From Eukaryota sp. TZLM1-RC (Eukaryota; Protista; Metamonada: BaSk clade), in contig JAUPSS010000005.1 of NCBI GenBank assembly GCA_040285825.1, positions 682,001 to 746,000 of the forward strand: 64,000 nt of DNA. Reading direction: 5' to 3'. Both the position numbers and the translations under genes were made by a program. The notes beneath the pieces were generated by a model. That model was given only the letters and a program-made list of their open reading frames with translations. It ran no database searches and was not told where the DNA came from. Positions 59,445 to 64,000 of the stretch are shown here, piece after piece (position 1 is the first letter of the stretch; every line of letters begins with the position of its first letter).

Positions 59445-60708
59445 CTATCCTTCTGCATCAACAATGCCACCATTTGAAATAGCATATGTAGCTTCTGCTT
59501 CTGGTAAACTTGGTGAATCATATATTTTAGCAATACGCTGTTCTCCTCTTCCTTTTCTTAAAGAAATACGACATGTGGAAGCATGTGCAAGAACGTGACC
59601 TCCAGCTGGCTATAATTAATGTAGATACAGTAACACACTTTTTTTGGATCAGCCATAAACATGGCAGTAGCACCAGGATCAGCAATAACTTCTTGAATTA
59701 ATATGAAATGAGATACAAACGATTTGTAAGGAAAATGGCTATGTTATAATCTTCAGCAAGTTTTACCAATTTGCTGAGCATTTGGGCAAGCTTTTGTTGT
59801 CTTTCCGCAAGTTCCCCTCTTCCAGAGAAGTCTACTCTGAACAGAGCAGTTACAGAATCCACAATAAGTAGCCTAAAGGTACCTTCTGTCATTTTTTCAG
59901 CTATTTGTGATAGAAGTGACATCTACGGTTAGTTAAAGAATACATCATACCTGATGTTCATGTGTATAGGCCCTGGCATATATAATATTGTCCAGTGATT
60001 GATCTGGATCCATACCAAATCGTTCAGCAATCGGACCAATACGCTCAGGTCTAAATGTACCTTCTGTATCGATATAAGCTACCTTACCTTTTGTTAGTGT
60101 TGAAAATGAAACAAACCATTTGCACCACCCTAATGTTAGTGTAATAACAAAAACCTACCTGAGATCTTGGTAACTGAGTAGTTACACATAGTGTATGGCA
60201 TATCTGAGTTTTTCCAGTTCTAAACTCCCCAAATACTTCTGTTATGGACATTGTTTCAACACCTCCTCCGAGAAGAGTGTCAAATTCATGAGATCCTGTG
60301 GAAACCTTGAGAACAGCTGCTCTCCGTGACGCTATTTCTCTTCCACTTGCGAAACCACTAAATACTAGTTTATTTGCAGCTTCTAATATCTTTTCAACTT
60401 TGGCTTCGGAGAGACCGCGTACAGCACATAGATCCTGTTAGTTAGTAGTGGAGTAGAAAGGATTACCTTTTTTGTATGCATCAAGACGCCCTTGACTGTG
60501 TAAAAGCCAGCTTCACGGAGTTTTTTGACATCTGTAGCAGAGATGCCAGCATCAGTAAGACGGTCTATTGTTTCGTAAGAGGGTTGTGCAGTTTCATCTT
60601 CGTCATCAAAATCAACTTCCACTTCTTCCTCATCATCATCATATGTAAGTTGCCAGCAATTAGAAAAATAGTGAAGACGTACTGTTTACGCACTGATCGA
60701 GAAGCCAT
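59445..60708 (-). CDS. DMC1: Meiosis-specific recombinase DMC1, 8 exons; introns at 60654-60682, 60435-60466, 60130-60158, 60088-60116, 59923-59950, 59692-59720, 59610-59638
   Basis: Spliced product has [51 protein letters not shown] and GGHVLAHAS (DMC1-type rather than RAD51-type residues). Confidence 0.93.
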
Positions 60709-61115
60709 TTATGAAGGAAGCAGGCAATTTGTAAAGAAAGTGAAATGACTGATTGAATTTGAAGTACTTTTATCATTAATTTTCTAATTTCCCTCAAAAT
60801 TGTTTACTTTGAATTGTGTTGTTCAAAGATGTTTTAAACAAATACTTCATTTTGATTGTATTGTAATTACTTTTATCCATACCAATACAAATGAATATGA
60901 TTCACTAACATGAAGGCAATTGCCCAGTGAGTAATTATGACTGTGAAAATCGAATCAGCAACCTGAAATCCAGTTCAAACCGACTGTATTTAAGATAAAA
61001 ACTAGGAAGTCATGAACAGACATCCAAAATAAAAATACTATAACTTTGTACAAGAAACAAGACACTAAATACAATAAAATACTATACAAAAAGATAGCCA
61101 AAAAACAGCGTTGCC

Positions 61116-61703
61116 CTAAAATGATGGCCATCCCATAAAACCCATCTCACCTGTGAATGGAAGCCCCTCGTCAGTTCCCATTCCTGGAAAGGAGGGAATC
61201 CCGGAGACAGGGGCATTGGCCGCCAGAGAAGGAGGATATTGGGGGACATTTTCAGGGGAAGGTGGAGCGCTTGGCATTGCTTCAGAAGCCTTTCTTGCTC
61301 TTCCTTTCTTTCTCTCTTCTTTACTACGCTCTACCTTGGGCGGTTTGCAGCCTGAGCCATCCCAGTCACTGTCCTCATGGTTGAGTTGAAATGTACCTTC
61401 TTCGGGACCATTAACAATACCTATAGGGGTGATTTCGAGTTCAGTACGCTTATGGGGATAAGCAATGTATCTCCATATAAGCTGGGCACGCTCTGGTGTC
61501 CATCCTTCACCTAGACCGTCTGCAACAGTAGCCCAATTGACACGATGACTTTTAGCAGCTTTTATGTATTTACTAACAGCAGCAACAAGTATTATGACCT
61601 CATCAATGTCGAAACCAGCGTAGGCATTTTTCACACGTTGCACATCGTCAGAGTCCGTCGGTTCAAAGATTATATCATCTGTAGTGATATCTGGTTTGTC
61701 CAT
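61116..61703 (-). CDS. Myb/SANT-like domain protein
   Basis: FDIDEVIILVAAV..Y...NWATVA...WTPERAQLIWRYIAY, then a basic patch and Pro-rich tail. Confidence 0.7.
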   Translation of the reverse strand: MDKPDITTDDIIFEPTDSDDVQRVKNAYAGFDIDEVIILVAAVSKYIKAAKSHRVNWATVADGLGEGWTPERAQLIWRYIAYPHKRTELEITPIGIVNGPEEGTFQLNHEDSDWDGSGCKPPKVERSKEERKKGRARKASEAMPSAPPSPENVPQYPPSLAANAPVSGIPSFPGMGTDEGLPFTGEMGFMGWPSF

Positions 61704-61943
61704 GTTGAGTGTGTATAAAGTTGGTTCAAACGAGAAGAGTTAGTAGAGAAGAACAGATTTATGGATACTTGACATCAAAATCAATTTCATTTTTATTCAA
61801 TTTGGCCCAGTCAGTCATTTTTGGCTTATTTGGGGGTATGAATTTAAGTTTGCTGTTTAGTTTCACATTGGAATATGTTAAATTGGTTAACAATAATTTC
61901 TGATAAATCTCTCTCATAAGTTCCCACATTCTTTGTACATACG

Positions 61944-62728
61944 ATGCAACAAACCTCACACACACCGACTTTCGATCCCTCTCGATTCAAAGAACCAAAC
62001 TCAGGACTCAACTATTCACATGGAACCACAACTCTTGGCTTTGTCTTCCAAGGTGGCGTACTTATATGCGTCGATTCCCGATCGACAATGGTATACACTA
62101 CCCCCATCCTTCTCACATCAGGGCCCTTACATTAGCTCACAATCTGTGAAGAAAGTCCTAGAAATCAACCCATACCTGCTAGGAACCATGGCTGGTGGTG
62201 CTGCTGATTGTGCATTCTGGGAACGTGTTCTCTCCGAAAGATGCAGGCTTTGGGAACTAGAACATGGAGACAGAGTATCTGTGTCAGCCGCTAGCAAGAT
62301 GCTTTCCAATATGCTATACCAATACAAAGGATATGGACTTGTTGTAGGTACCATGATTGCTGGCTTTGACCACAAAGGTCCTGGCCTTTTCTACGTTGAT
62401 TCAGAAGGTATTTCCTCCTTGGATTTCCACTCACCCCAGGTCAACGCTTCAGAGGTGATGTTTTCTCAGTAGGAAGTGGTTCTACTTATGCTTATGGTGT
62501 CCTTGATTCTGGCTATAAGTTTGACTTAACTGATGAAGAAGCCGTGGAGCTGGGCCAACGAGCGATTGCACATGCTACTCATAGAGATGCTTATTCTGGT
62601 TTGTTGTAATTAGCTCATTATTAACATTAGGCGGATGGATCAACACTTACTTGGTAAGAGAGGACGGCTGGCAAAGATTTGATAGGATAGATAATTTGGA
62701 AGTTTTGACAGGTGAGCAAGAACAATAA
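61944..62728 (+). CDS. PSMB5: 20S proteasome subunit beta5; introns 62091-62121, 62408-62439, 62599-62630; the propeptide may start further upstream
   Basis: [60 protein letters not shown]. Confidence 0.93.
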
Positions 62729-64000
62729 AAGGTGTTTATAACTGGTTTTTTTGTTGGTAAATCGTGATGTTTTCAAGAATGTTTTTTTTGAAATAGGTTT
62801 GTAGAAACATTTGGGGTTGAATAATTCTAGATAACATTCTGTTTGATTGTTGTTTTATATCAAGGTAATTAATCAACAACAATGGTGTAGTTGATTCTTG
62901 ACCTGAAATATTCATTGTCAGGTGTATTTTACAAAAATCCAAAATACCTGATGTTATTTTGATTCTGGAATTTTTTTCCCAGGATTTTTGTTTGTAAACA
63001 GGCGAGAAATAATTTACTTAACGAATTAGTGAGTTCTTGTTAACCCCCATTTTATTCCTCGTTTGTTATGATTTTTGCCTTGATTTACTGTTAAACTCAA
63101 GTAGTTATGAAACTTTCAGCCAAGTAAAAGTTAGAATGAAATTGTTGATGAAGGATATCGATATGGATGCCATTGATATAAATCTTACTTTAATCTGTTT
63201 AGTGACAAATTGAATTAATAAAACTACTGTTTAGATGTACATTCCTATTTTCATTAAGATAGAATTGAGAAACTAATCGATAGAATCGTACTTTTTTTAA
63301 AAAGATAAAATGGCCATTATAGCATAATACAGTTCAAAAAAGCAAACAGGTCCAAAAACAACAATAATTCCACATAAATTATAAACAAGACAAATTTACC
63401 ACAATGAATACATTTTATCGTGGAAGGGTAACAACAAAATGTTGCTGTTAGACTAATTGAACGAGTCATTAGGTCATGTTACGTAAATCTGTCGTCAAGA
63501 TGAAAACAGTCTTATGGAAAGGTTCTCATTTTTACTTCGATTGTAGCTGTAAATAATCAATTCTCCAATATTGATAGTTTATCAGTGTTCATTTATTGAT
63601 TCACAGGATTCAAAGAAAATAGGGAAATATTTAAGTCAACGTCTTGTTTAGAAGATTGTGTGATGCAATTCATTTTTTTGTGGATATACAAGAACTGTTG
63701 TTGTTACAAAGCTTTATGTACAAACGATGGTCATCTGACACTCGATCAATAACACTAACTCAGTTTGTTTTCCATGATGTTATCAACATTATATCATGTT
63801 ATAAAGTTATTAATAATGAATGAGAGAATTCTAAAAATCGTTTAAATTCGTTTTTAAAAGACCGACAAAAATTCAAATAAAGATGCCAAAGAATCATAGA
63901 TTTATCAAAACAAAACAGTAAATGAATAAGAAGAAGAACTAAAACAGTTTTCAAAAAAACTCTAGATCATGAAGAATTCCTAAACTAGGGAAAAACTGTT

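Noticed and set aside
59445-60708. RAD51 assignment
   Set aside because: Diagnostic segments ([31 protein letters not shown]) are DMC1-type.
62736-64000. Possible gene or TE remnant at the window end
   Set aside because: Only short AT-rich frames; no convincing splice model or motif.

Overview
AT-rich eukaryotic (protist-like) DNA using the standard genetic code, with tiny 28-32 nt spliceosomal introns. The window has three zones. (1) About 1-12.7 kb and 43-58.9 kb: decayed, 5'-truncated CRE-like (RLE) non-LTR retrotransposon fragments interleaved with two paralogous RING-finger genes, a head-to-head pair made of a myristoylation-motif orphan (777 aa) and a P-loop NTPase + PD-(D/E)xK nuclease (Crinkler/RHS-like), and a vitellogenin-N-like membrane protein. 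(2) About 12.7-43 kb: a gene-free island of nested elements, with a 4 x 476-bp tandem repeat, three Ty3/Gypsy chromovirus-like elements with 94-147-bp LTRs (4-bp TSDs where both ends survive), two gag-only LTR elements, several hAT elements, a MULE remnant, and an 8 x ~1.03-kb array that creates in-frame Gag::hAT fusion ORFs. (3) About 58.9-62.7 kb: a compact housekeeping block of TAF12, DMC1, a Myb/SANT protein and proteasome beta5. The strongest unexplained signal is that all three LTR families with a visible 5'-LTR junction lack a tRNA primer-binding site and carry a perfect 14-18-bp palindrome overlapping the LTR end, suggesting tRNA-independent self-priming. Also notable is a DMC1 first intron that appears to end in TG instead of AG. 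All calls come from reading motifs by eye; no database searches were run.
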